Positions 34,601-46,469 of a stretch of DNA of 64,000 bases are shown piece after piece. The notes under the pieces are model-generated. The model was not told where the DNA came from, made no database searches, and saw only the letters and a list, made by a program, of their open reading frames with translations. Origin of the DNA: Felis catus (taxonomy: Eukaryota). Location: contig NC_058383.1 of assembly GCF_018350175.1 (NCBI RefSeq), positions 3,906,001-3,970,000 of the forward strand, read 5' to 3'. Numbering within the stretch: position 1 is the first letter of the stretch; every line of letters begins with the position of its first letter. The translations under genes and the position numbers were made by a program.

Positions 34601-35696
34601 CCGTCGTGTAGGAGCAAACACGCGGGTGTTATCACTCAGAGAAAAGGGACGAGATGAGCATTAGGAAATCAGGACAGTGGTGGCTTGCGGGGAGGGGGTG
34701 GGGGGGCTGGGGCAGGGCGACCTGGGGCAGGCGACCATCCGTGTCCACCCAAGAAAAGCAAGCGGGAAGCACAGGCGCTAGGAGCATAGCTCAGCGGGCC
34801 GAGCTCGCTTCGCGATCTCCCTCCCACTGACCCTACAGCACTGGCGCTCCACGCCCTTTCCCGCACGCAGCCCCTTTCACAGCGGCAGCTCCACGCACCC
34901 GGCCGCAGCCTCACGACCACACCGCCTTGCGTTTCTAGGGCGCAGGGGACGCGGCTTGGCCGGCAGAGAGGCCGGCCGGAGACACTGGGGACACCAGGAA
35001 CCAGGAACACGGCGCAGAGACCACGCATGGTAACCATCTACACCAGCGGTTCTGAAAGCCGGGCGCTGCCGGGGCAAGTGGAGTCTTGCTGGCTCCTTCC
35101 TGGTCACTCGAAGGCTGTCCGAGGCGGGCAAGCGCCACCCGCACCCACCGCCGGCCCTGCAGCCTCCACTTGCCCCTGCGCCGTCTCCACAGCACACCCC
35201 TTAGCTCCGCCCAAGGAGCTGCCGAACGGCTTCCTTCCTGAAAGCGACCCGGGGATTCGGTTCCCACGCAAAATGCAAATGTCCTGAGCTCCCCAGCTTT
35301 CTCCCCAGGTACCCAGGAAAACTTCAAAGGGAAGAACGTCCCCCCCGGGGGGCTCTGTCCGGAGCAGCCTATTCCTTAAGCTGGGTCGCGGGTACACAAA
35401 TAGTTCACGGTATTATTCTGTATCTGCTTTTCGTGGGCTTCAAGTATTTCACGATCAAGAGGAAAGCAGAGACCGGTACAGAATGAGAAATCTAAACATT
35501 CACAAACATCCTAAAACCCGTTCGACCTCACAAATACTACAGGAAACAACCTACAGGAGGGAGAGACGACGTCCCTCTTTCAAGTCAGTATTTCAAATGA
35601 TGGAATCGGGTGACGGCTAAGATACGGAAATGGACATCCTGCTGGTGGGACGGAAAGTGGCACCAATCTGCCCCCAGTTTTAAAAACAGTTAGCGA

Positions 35697-35947
35697 GGGG
35701 CGTCTGGGTGGCTCAGTCAGTTAAGCGTCCAACTTCGCCTCAGGTCATGATCTCACAGTTCGTGGGTTGGAGCCCCACGTTGGGCTCTGTGCTGACAGCT
35801 CAGAGCCTGGAGCCTGCTTCAGTTTCTGTGTCTCGCTCTCTTGGTCCTTCCCCTGCTTGCTTGCTGTCTCTATCTCTCTCTCTCTCTCTCAAAAATAAAT
35901 AAAACCCTTAAAAAATTATTTTTAAGAAAAAAATAAAAATAAAAAAA
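35697..35947 (+). mobile_element. Can-SINE (SINEC_Fc type)
   Basis: Full head/body, (CT)n and long A-rich tail. Confidence 0.92.
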
Positions 35948-36193
35948 TCTATCGAGATAGGCCATCTACACAAGTATTGGATAAAGATATATCAGTATCT
36001 AAAATGTCCCCATTCTTCCAGAAAGGAATGCTACTGTTAAGTTGCTGTCCTACAGAAATAATCAAAAAAGGAATCAAACATTTAGGTACAAGGATGTTTA
36101 TTTACATAAGCATTATTTATACACCAAAAAATGGGAAATATTCTTAAAATCCAATAGGGAAATGATCAAATGGCATTAAAAATTACGTTCATA

Positions 36194-36388
36194 GGGGAGC
36201 CTGGGTGGCTCAGATGGTTAAGTGTCCGACTCCTGGTTTTGGCTCAGGTCATGATCTCCTGGTTCGTGGATTCAAACCCCGAGACACTGACAGTGTGGAG
36301 CCTGCTTGGGATTCTCTCTTCCTCTCCCTCTGTCCCTCCTCCACTCACGTGTGTGTACTCCCTCTTTCAAAATAAATAAACATTAAAA
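36194..36388 (+). mobile_element. Can-SINE, first of a tandem pair
   Basis: ggggagcctgggtggctcagatggttaag...tttcaaaataaataaacattaaaa. Confidence 0.9.
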
Positions 36389-36403
36389 GAAATTATGTTT
36401 ATA

Positions 36404-36530
36404 GGGGCATCTGGGTGGCTTAGTCGGTTAAGCGTCCGACTCTTGGTTTCAGCTCAGGTCATGATCTCAAAGTTCATGGGTTCAAGTCCTGCATCAAGCT
36501 TTGTATGGATAGTGCAGAGCCTGCTTGGGA

Positions 36531-36584
<54 letters not shown>

Positions 36585-36641
36585 CCTTCTCCCTTTCTGC
36601 CCCTCCCCCACTTGCACTCTAATAAACCTTAAAAAAAGAAA
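36404..36641 (+). mobile_element. Can-SINE, second of a tandem pair, with expanded (CT)n
   Basis: ggggcatctgggtggcttagtcggttaagcgtccgact...(ct)n...aataaaccttaaaaaaag. Confidence 0.9.
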
Positions 36642-39600
36642 AAATTATATTCCTAATATGAATAAATATACTAAGTTAAAGAAAACGGAGGACGTGGATG
36701 TAGGTTGATTTAAATTGCGTAGGAAATCCAATAAGAAGAAGAGACTGGAATAGTAAGGGGACATTTTAGGTGATTTCTGTTCTCTTCTTTATACTTTCCC
36801 TATTTCCAAATTTTCAACAATGGGAATGTCGTTTTTCTAAGTGGAGAGAAATGACATTTTAAAGCACTGACAGGATTGTTTCTGTGGTAAACCTTGGACC
36901 TTCTCACGTTAATTCGAGCCTCGGTCAGGAAAGAACATCCCCTCTCTAGAAGGAATCGCCTCATTAAGATAACGGGTAACTGAGTGGATAAAATGGTTAA
37001 GCCATTTGTTAGTCACAGAAAGAAACAGAGCCCCCAGGACTGCAGCAAAGCCAGAGCAGTGTGGCAGCAGAAGTAAGAACTTTCTGAACCCCAGGCCCTA
37101 TCTGGCTCCCCCGACACGACGAGATGGCGCTGAGCCCTTTTGCAGGGAGGACCGCGTGGCACGCACAGTGACAGACAGCACACAGAGACAAGAAAGACCC
37201 GGGGACCACTTTCTGCTCTAGGCCCGCCAGGTGGGCATCCCCTGGGTCCAGCCGGAGAAGGCGATCCTCGTGCCAGAGCTGAGCGGTCTCAGGTTTAACC
37301 TTCCATTAGGAATCCTGACCCCAGAGAAGGGCTCACCCCCCTCCCCCGCCACTGCTCTGGAATCAGGTCCCCACGCTGACCCCGCAGGTTGGAACAGGCA
37401 GTTGAGGAAACTGCTTTGCAAGTTGACCAAAACGACAAAGAAGAGAAACTAGGAGACCGAAAAATCAGAAAAATAGATCCAGAACCTGAATAACAGAAGA
37501 GCCCGAAGAAATCGTCAAAGGAATAACAATTTTTCAGAACAGAGTTCTAAATTTTTCAGATCCTGAGTTTTTAGATTAAAATGGCCCATTAAAAGTCCAA
37601 CACACAAGAGAGTTTAAAAACGCATGAAGGGTCAAAATATGCAATTGGGTATAATTTGAATAAATATGGTAACGGATACGACCATAATTTTTTTTAAATA
37701 AGAAGGCAAGACTCACACCAGAGTGGAAACACACCCCTTCCAAGGCACACAGCCTGGCTCTTCACAGCGAGGCTGGGAGGGAGCAGCACAGAGAAATGAG
37801 ATGTTTCCAGAAGGAGAAGAAAGCGACTGAACATGAGGGGTGAGGAAGCACAACATCTAGCAGCTCCCCCGGGGGGGGGGGGGGGGGCGCTGGAAGTTAC
37901 TGGAAACGGACCAACGCCTTCAAAATTCTAACAAGAAAGTTGCTTTCTTCTAAAACTCCACACCCAGATCAACTATTAATCACGCGTTAAAGTAGGATAA
38001 AGATCTTTTTAGACATACAGGGTCTTGAGCAATTTTAATTCCCAGGTGCACTTTCTCAGGAAGCCACCAGGGAGAGACTCCACCAGGATGGGAGGTAGGG
38101 GGGGGAACCTAGAACGAGGAAGGGACAGCGAAAACCAGGGGCTCCTTCCCCAGAGAGACGCCAAGGGAATGACAGCTAAGAGCAGTATTCAGGGGCAGCC
38201 AGCCCAGACTGAAGCGAGGCAGCGGACCCCAAAAACACTGGAATTGATAAAATACACCATATAGCTGAGCATCCTGAAGCAGGACAATTGGCAGAGGGCT
38301 GGGGAAGACTGGATTCGTGAGAAGCACCGACAGAAAGAGAAAACAATGATAACAGTAATTCACTCCCAAGAAACTAAAGGTCGGACCGCTAGGAAAAGTA
38401 ACCCTTGTACAGACCCACCTTCAGCTGTGAAAAGCCACATCTGGCTGAAACAACGTACACCCCCTGCCTAATCCAGCCCCAGCCCCAAGCTCACGGAGAG
38501 CACGGGCCACCACAGCTGGATGGTTTAACGAGGGCCATTCCCATCCCCATGGTGGGACATCACTAGCTCCGCCCGAAATTTACCAAATCAAGTCGTTGTA
38601 GGGTAAGCTTCTTATTTTAAGCTTTGGAAATCAATGGCAAAAAAAAAAAAAAAAATCATTCACAGATGAAAACGATTCCCTCGGAGGATCGCAAAAATCG
38701 GGAAGAAGCGCAGGCTGGGGCCCGGCGTGAGGCTTGGCTGTTTTTAATTAGTGACGGGAAGCTGTGCACCCATGTGACTTTGGTGAAAAGTAAACGTTCA
38801 ATGTGCATCCTGTTCCAGCTACTAAAGGAAGGAATGAATGAACACGCACACGCAGGGGGGATACGTCATCCGTCCTCTACATTTTAAATACCCGACGTTA
38901 TTTGCATCTTTCAAACTGGAAAGCATCCCACATTCATATGGATGCCAGCCGGGTGGCGGCCGTGAGGTGGAAACTGGATTGTTATTCCCTCCGGGGGCGG
39001 GGCAGGGGGTGGCAGGGGGCGGCGCTACAGTCTTTCAGTCACTTAAGGATTACTTGAAGAGCGAACGTAACTTCTGGCTGCTCTGTGCGAACTCGCAGAA
39101 TTTCATGCCCACGGGCTGGGAAGAAAATGGCAGAGCTAACAGCGGAGGCTTCTCCTCAGAAAGGGTGCGTCCGGGTGTTCCCGAGGGCACGTGGGCGCGG
39201 ACAGCCCGGAGTGGAGAAGGGGAATTAGACACTGGATTTATTTCACTGGTGTTTGTCTTTTCATGTATGCATGAAACTAACAGAGATGAAAGTCCGTGAT
39301 TAAATAAACCCTTCCATTTATGAGAGCTCTTCAGGGAAGTACAAAACTAAGAATCCTAAGTAATTATTAAGGCACGGTGTTCAATTTAACACTGATTTTT
39401 ACGTTAGTCGAAAGTAGGTACTGGCCATCTTGCGATTATTAACACATTCGGCGTTAATACATTATATATGGCAATAGGTTTTGCAAAAGTGTTCTTAATG
39501 ATCCCAAAATATACATGGTGCTCCATCCACACCATGGAATATTCCATAATCCCTAAAACGAGTGAATGGGAACTCTGACAGATGTGGAGAGATCTCCCAA

Positions 39601-39731
39601 AGGAGCTTGGTAGGAACACGAAGTATGTGGCCCCATTTCTAAAACAACAAACTTTGATCAAAGCCTGTGTGAGTACACGTTTGAGGTGTGTCCAGGCTTA
39701 CCCAAGCGCAGGCAAACTAGACAAGGTCACT

Positions 39732-40260
39732 ATGGTAGGCAGAATTCTCAAATGACCGCCCCACCCCCACCCCACAATCTCCGCTTCCTGGGATTACTCC
39801 CATGACTATGTTCAAGGGCAAAGAGATTTTCCAGATGTAATTAAGGTTCCTGAGGGGTTGATCTTACCATACGGAGACAATCCAGGGGGCCCAACCTAAT
39901 CACACGAGTGCCATCAAAGCAGAGAGTTTTCTCCAGCTGGTCACAGAAATCAGAGAGATTTGATGTGTGACAAGGGTCTGAACGCTGCAGAGCTGGGAGG
40001 GGCCCGCGGTCCACATACAGCGGAACAAGAAGGAAAGGCAGAGACAAGATGGAGACTTCAGTCCTGCAACCCCAAGGATCCAAACGCTGCCAATATCATG
40101 TGGGATTGAGGGGCCCCGTGCTCCCGTAGGGACCACAGCCACCCAGTGAGCGGAGGGCCCAGCCACCGCATGCCAGACTCCCGACACGCTCAATCCGTGA
40201 GACACTGAAAGGGTGTGGTTTGAAGCCACGACACGTGTGCCTGTTGGCAGGGCCCAGAAA
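39732..40260 (+). mobile_element. MaLR solo LTR (MLT1-like)
   Basis: tatggtaggcagaattct start; ggcaaaagagattttccagatgtaattaagg; gggcccaacctaatcacacgag; gtgtggtttgaagccac near the end. Confidence 0.7.
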
Positions 40261-41419
40261 AAGGCGAGGAGCACCTCGCCTTGAAGACACCAGGATCGTG
40301 TGTCACGGGAGTGTGGACTTCGAGGGTGCTGCGGCAAAGGCTCAGGAGGACACGGGGGCGTGTTTCTGGAAACCCCGGGAAGGGGGCCCGTCGTGCGGGA
40401 GCAGGACTTGTGACTGATGTGCCTGAGCACACCCCTCAGGAGATGCCACCCGCTTTCCCGTTACCTGTCCCAGGAGGCAAAGAGGGAGAGAAACACCAGG
40501 AGCTGTGAATCAGAACGGAACCGGGACTGATGACTGAAGATCCTCAGTCTCCGGACGACAAAGGAGGCCAAGAGTCGGAGGGTGGCGCAGAGAGGGGCCG
40601 GTGTCCTGCTCAACCCTCTCCTAGTGCCTCAGAAAGATCCGAAGGCCAGAGCGCCGGGCCAAAGACCCTTTCAAGAGACCAAGGGTGCTGCTCGTCGGTT
40701 CTCTTAACCAAATCAGGGGCCCTGGAGAAGCTTAAGGGCATCCTCACCTCTCAGCAGAAGCCGCAAATAGAGAAGGGCCATCTCAGGAGCGTCCCTGGGT
40801 GCGGCGTGTCTGACGGCCGGCCGCCCCTGGAATCCACACCTGGCCCAGCCGGCAGGTTCTCGGAAGGGAACAGCTCGGAGCAGGGACAGAGGGAGCCCGG
40901 CACGGAGAGAGGCTCTCCACAGGCAGCAGGCAGAAGAAGCCACTCAGAAGAGTCCCGTCTTTCGGGAAAAGCAAAGAGTGGCTCAGGGCCCAGAGGACGG
41001 CCAGCAGAGTGTTCCCAGGCCTGGAAATCTCACCACGGCCCCCAGCCAGGCTCGCCTGGCCGCATTTCAAAATCCACCTGCACCAGCGACTCCTTCTCGC
41101 CGTCCACTGCCCCCTTTCTGACCCCGAACGCCACGACTCTTGTCCTGCACCTGGCCGGCCGCCGCATGCGGGGAGCCAACCGTCCCACCGGCCCGCGGGT
41201 GGGGAGCACTGTGCCCTCCGGCGGTAGAGCTGAGCTGCACTTAATGGATATACGCAGGCGCCCGCCCCACACCTGACTCGGATTCTGTACATGACGAGCA
41301 TCTGGACGTGAACGGATACGTAACGGCACGAGACTGCGGGGCCTGGAGATGGCTGGAGCCTTTTGCCCACGGACGTAGCTGTGGATCTCGGCCAGCCCGG
41401 CCCAGGATGAGCCAGCCCC

Positions 41420-41939
41420 CGTGACCGGGCCCTCATGTAATCACCTCCTCAGGGCGTGGGAGGGACCTGTCAAGGTGGAAGCCATTGTGCCGCTGTTGAG
41501 GCTTTGTTTTTCTATGGCAAAAGAGGTTTTTGCAGATGTAACTCGTTTCATTAATCAGTTCGCTTTGGGGTCAAAGGGAGATTACCCAGGTGGGCTTACT
41601 TTAAGCACATGAGCCTTTACGAGTGGTGAGGAAGTCAAAGACTCGCGGAAGGGAGTAGCCAATGCCACGCTGTTGGCCTGAAAGGGCGGGGGGTGGTTAG
41701 GGTTTCCAGCAGGGGGACAAGAACCTCAGTCCTCTAACCACGAGGAGCTGAACTCTGCCAACAGTAAGGCTGAGCCTCCTGACAAGAACTCGGCCTGGCT
41801 GACACCTCGGATTCAACCTTGGGATACCCGGAGACTCCAGCCAGGCCACGCGGACTCGACCCGTGAGCTGAGCAGTGTGTGTCGTTTAAAGCTGCTGTGT
41901 TTGCGGTCATTTATCACATGGCAAGAGGAAACTAATACA
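41420..41939 (+). mobile_element. MaLR solo LTR (MLT1-like)
   Basis: atggcaaaagaggtttttgcagatgtaa...aaagggagattacccaggtgggc...aaccacgaggagctgaactctgccaac...gaggaaactaataca end. Confidence 0.75.
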
Positions 41940-42702
41940 CGCACGTACTAGGATGTCAACACGAAATCAGGAGGGGTCAGAATGGCAGAGGCACTGATAT
42001 GGCAGAGAGCCGAACGCCGTGGTAAAGAAAAAAATGTTTGCATCATATGAACTCATTTGCGTAAAGTTAAATGCAAGTGTATTGTTAGGTTAAGAGAAGT
42101 GCTCGTTCCCTAAAATCCAGCAGTCTAATCAGGATTAGTCAGCTGAACATTCCCACTGAAAACAACCAACACTGGCCGTATGAGGCATAAACGACAGCGA
42201 AAGAAACCATTAGGCCAAAATCTGAAAGGAGAGAACCCAGAGGTAGGAGTTGTGCTTGTCTGGGAAAACCCTAGCTGGTTCCGGGGAAAGAGAACCGTGG
42301 TACCGCGAGAAATCAAAGCCCTGGGCTCGCCACGCACGAGAGCCTACGGGAGGCCCTCCCTCGTTTCCCGTCCTTCCCTTCTCTGGTTCTGATACGAAGT
42401 TTTCTTGGTTTCATAAACTGCTGCTGCTTTTTCTGTTCTCTGGAATAGTCTGAGGTGCAGTGTTGGAATAATCTGTCCTTGAGCATGAGGAAGAACTGGC
42501 CTGGACAGCCTTCGGGGCTGGTGTTTTCACGGTTCTGTCTGGTTTGGGTGCATGCTTGAATGGCTCACACACACTGTCGAGGAGACTGTTCAAGTTTTGG
42601 CCTTTCTTGAGTGCGTTCTGGTAGGCTGTATCCTTGCTAGGAGATTGCCCGTTGCATGTTAAGTTTTTTAATTTACTAGCAAAAAGCTATCTGTAAGATC
42701 CT

Positions 42703-42838
42703 TTTTTAAAACAAATATATTTTTGAGAGAGACACACACACAGAATCCAAAGCAGGTTCCAGGCTCCAAGCTGTCAGCACAGAGCCCAATGCAGGACTTG
42801 AACCCACAAATCATGACCTGAGCCACCCAGGCACCCCC
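42703..42838 (-). mobile_element. Internally deleted Can-SINE
   Basis: tttttgagagagacacacacacagaatccaaagcaggttccaggc...atcatgacctgagccacccaggcacccc. Confidence 0.8.
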
Positions 42839-43229
42839 TTTTTTAAATACCCCTAGTGTAATTGTCGCTATCCCCTCTTACACCTGAGATTGTTCATGTA
42901 CCATCTTGACTTTTCCTCCTCAGTCTTGCCAGTTTTGGGTAGTCCTTTCAAAGATACCACTTTTCATTTTATTGATCCTGTCTCCTGCATGTGTTCTGCT
43001 CTATATTGTTTCCTGTCTTCTCTCATGGAGTTCATTAGCTATATATTTTGACCTAATCAAGTAGGCAGGTAGCTCATTGGTTTTCAGTCTTTATTTTCTC
43101 GTATGAGCATTTAAAGCTTCAGCCCTCCTCTAAATCCCAGATCAGCTGCCTCCCCCAAGTTCTGGTTCACATTCAAGTCTTGGATCCCTGAGTTGCTTGG
43201 ACTTGTTTGAAGTTGTATGTATCTGAGGG

Positions 43230-43738
43230 CTGTGTAAGAGTCGGCTATCACTGCCTGTCAGTATCCATTCTTTCCGCCTTCCTAACGGCATGACGTGAGG
43301 AACGACGAGGCAATGTGCCCAGTCACAAAAACCACCTTTCCGGGTCTCTCTTGCAGACTGGCGTGGCCATGCGGCTAAGGCGCAGTCAGCGAGAGATGAG
43401 GGAGTGTTCCCGCTGGGACTTCTAGGAAAGCGCCGCGGAAGGAGCACACGGTTTGCGGGGACACCTTTGCCTGGCCCCCTCTTCCTGCCTTCCTGCCCTA
43501 AAGGCAGATGTGATGGCAGCGGCCCCGCAAGCATCCTGCATTTGAGGGGATCTTCCGGCCTGAAGGCGTGAACTGGAATGGCGGGGAGGGCTGGCCACGG
43601 AAGGAGTCACGGGTCCCCGGTGACCTGGAAAGCCACCCTATGGGCCCTGAACCTACCACTGCTGTATCGCCAAAGAAAAGAAACCTGCATTGGGTTCAGC
43701 GTCGGTTACCTGGCCAAATGCAGTTCCTAATTAATACA
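43230..43738 (+). mobile_element. Old MaLR LTR (MLT1I/J-like)
   Basis: ggccatgcggctaagg...gggacttctaggaaag...gggtccccggtgacc...ttcctaattaataca end. Confidence 0.5.
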
Positions 43739-44609
43739 GAGGCTGCCAAGACCCCACTTGGGACCGGTTTTTTGATCGTGGAAGATTTCACCTATACGAA
43801 AGCATTTATAACTTAGACTAATAATAAAATGCACCCCACTTCATCCACCATCCAACTTGAAAAAGGCGGAACCCTTCCGGGCTCCCTGTGTTCTCGAAAC
43901 TACGCCTCCCCGCCTGCTCCCCAGCTCTCACCCCGCCAAAAGGAACCCCTGTTCTGGATTCTGTGTTCAACATTCCCTTATTTTTCATTGGTGGTTAGAC
44001 CACACATTTTGGTAACCCCAAGTTACACTGCTCTGTTTTGCTTATATCACACTATTTCTCTGCTGTTTGCTTTTTTCCTCAACCGTACGAGACACACCCA
44101 TGTTGATGTTCGTAGCTGTGGTTCATTTAATCTCGCAGCTCCGTACCGTTTATTGCACAAACACAACACTATCCGTCCCTCCGTTTTTGGTTTTTGGGTT
44201 ATTTCAAGCTCTAAGCTATTACAAAATGCTGATCCCGACACCCCTGTACTCGTTTCCTGGTGACCCATGGGACAGAGTCTTCAGGAGAAGGCTTCCTCTG
44301 ACACCATGACATACGCAGACCGTGACATTTACGTGCACACCGGAGGTAACGTGGAGGGGTGCACAGTTCTGCATGCAGCTGCAGAGGGGGCCCAGAGCAT
44401 GGCTCCTCGAAGGCTCGGGGGACCAGTAAAATGAAGCACATTGGTGCCCCACAGTATGGTGGCAGAGGCACGCAAGCCGGACAATGGTGCCAGATGAGTC
44501 CAAATGGTCTCCCACGGCTCCCAAGGGGGACAAGGTACTTCCGGCTCTCACGGTGCTCTTGGAGCACCCCCCTCCTCCTCCTCCACAACCTGGATGTTGT
44601 TAGACTCTC

Positions 44610-44795
44610 TTTTTTTGTTGTTTATTTCGGGGGGGGGGGGCGGCAGGGGCAGAGAGAGGGAGACACAGAATCCGAAGCAGGCTCCAGCCTCTGAGCTGTC
44701 AGCACAGAGCCCGACTCAAGGCTCAAACTCACGAACCGAGAGATCGTGACCTGAGCTGAACCCAAGCTGAACCAACTGAGCCACCCGGGTGCCCC
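44610..44795 (-). mobile_element. Can-SINE (SINEC_Fc type)
   Basis: gagacacagaatccgaagcaggctccagcctctgagctgtcagcacagagcc...ctgagccacccgggtgcccc. Confidence 0.88.
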
Positions 44796-45347
44796 TAGAC
44801 CTACCTTCTATGCTCTTAATTCACGTTTCCTCACTGCTAATGCGATGGGGTATCTTGTACTTCCTGTCTATTCCTACCTCCTCTTCTGAGGCGGCTATGC
44901 GCCTCTTTTGCCCGTGTTTTATCGAGCTGATTTTCTTAAACAGCTTGTTCCTGGCATCCTTGATCTATTCCAGACAGTAATCATTTGTCAGTTGTATATA
45001 TTATAAAATCTTCCCACGTTAGCCTATTTTTCACTTTTCACTGTTCATTATTTGATACAATTAAAGAGATCCATCCGTCTCTTCGTGGTTTGAGCTTTTT
45101 GTGTGCCTTCCTCAGGAAGTTCTTCTCTAGGCTTTTTGTTATTGAATAAAAAAAAACCGGTTTTGTAGTCAGAGAACATGCTCTATGAATCAGGTAATTT
45201 GCAATATGCTGAATCTTACTTTCTGATCCAGTAGGAGGGTAACTTTTACACATCCCAGTGTTTATTTGAGAGTAAGATGCACTTTCCAATTGTTGGGTGG
45301 AGGGTGCTGGAATAAATGTCCAACAGATAAGGAATGACAGACGCCGG

Positions 45348-45518
45348 CCAGGGGGATGGGTAACAAATCCAAGCCCCGGCCATCTGTTTACATATTGTCT
45401 CTGGCTGCTTTCACACCACAACGGCGGAGTTAAGTAGGTGAGACAGAGACCATATGGCCTCCCAAAGCTGAAAATATTTACTCTCTGGCCCTTTACAGGA
45501 AAAGCTTGCCAGCCTCTG
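45348..45518. mobile_element. MER58-like hAT DNA transposon
   Basis: tgtttacatattgtctctggctgctttcacaccacaacggcggagttaagtag...gagaccatatggcctcccaaagctgaaaatatttactctctggccctttacaggaaaagcttgccagcctctg. Confidence 0.75.
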
Positions 45519-45559
45519 TTGTGTTCAGAACGGTTTCCCTAGTTCTTTTTTTTTTGTTT

Positions 45560-46465
45560 TTGTTTTCTTTTTTGGTCTGCTTGGTATCAATTGATGAAAG
45601 AGCCATTTTTAAATCTAAGACAACAACACTTTTGGCAATTTCTCCCAATCCTCGCTTGTGATGTTACTTTACGTTAAGGCGAATTTATTAGACGCAAATG
45701 AGTTTTAAATTGCTCTATTTTCCTGGTACATGACTTATTAATTAAGTGTATCAGCATCATTAAAGCAGTGGTCACTTTTGTCCCTAGTAATTACTTCTCT
45801 GAAATCGGTGTGGATGATCTCATCACTACAACAGTTTCTTGTTGTTAGCATATCTGTTTCCCGTTCTTTTATGTCTTATATTTTGGATGTGTCTCCCATA
45901 ACTAGCACACGGCTGCACTCGGTTTTCCCATGCATCCTGACCTTTTTAGTCAGAAAGTCTGGTCCATTTGTTATATACGGCGATGTGGATTTGGTTACAT
46001 TTCTACCACCTTAGACGATACAGTATGTTCTTTTTACCTATCTTTTTCTATACTTCTCCTCCCCGCTTCTTTCCCCTGTCCCCCTTTTTTTTCTGAAGTT
46101 TATTTTGAGAGAGAGGGAGACAGAGAGAGCAGAGGAGGGGCAGAGAGAGAAGGAGACAGAGAATCCCAAGTAGGCCCCACTCAGAGCCCGATGCGGGGCT
46201 CAATCTCACAACCGTGAGATCACAACCGGAGCCTATTATCAAGAGCCTGAGCCAACCAGGCGCCCCTTTCCTGCCTGTTTTTGATTAGAGTTTTTTCACT
46301 CCGTTTTTTACCTGACTGAAGTTTTAACTCTTTCAAATGTTCCCCTCACGTTGTAACATCAATTCTAGCCTTAATAAAGTAAAAAAATCTCCTCAGTGTC
46401 TTTACCCTCCTCCGCAACGATGTAAGAGCATCTGAACTCTGTCAGATTTCAACCCCTCTGCTTGC
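45560..46465 (-). mobile_element. Ancient L1 (L1ME-like) fragment flanking the PAPOLB 3' end
   Basis: T-rich antisense L1 phrases such as ggtccatttgttatatacggcgatgtggatttggttacatttctaccacctt and tctttaccctcctccgcaacgatgtaagagc. Confidence 0.55.
46085..46266 (-). mobile_element. Can-SINE
   Basis: tttattttgagagagagggagacagagagagc...gagaatcccaagtagg...gagccaaccaggcgcccc. Confidence 0.88.
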
Positions 46466-46469
46466 TTCT

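Noticed and set aside
34781..34815. tRNA-like 5' half (GGAGCATAGCTCAGCGGGCCGAGC with a GCTC/GAGC stem)
   Set aside because: No T-arm/B-box (GTTCRA) and no acceptor-stem complement downstream, so not a tRNA gene.
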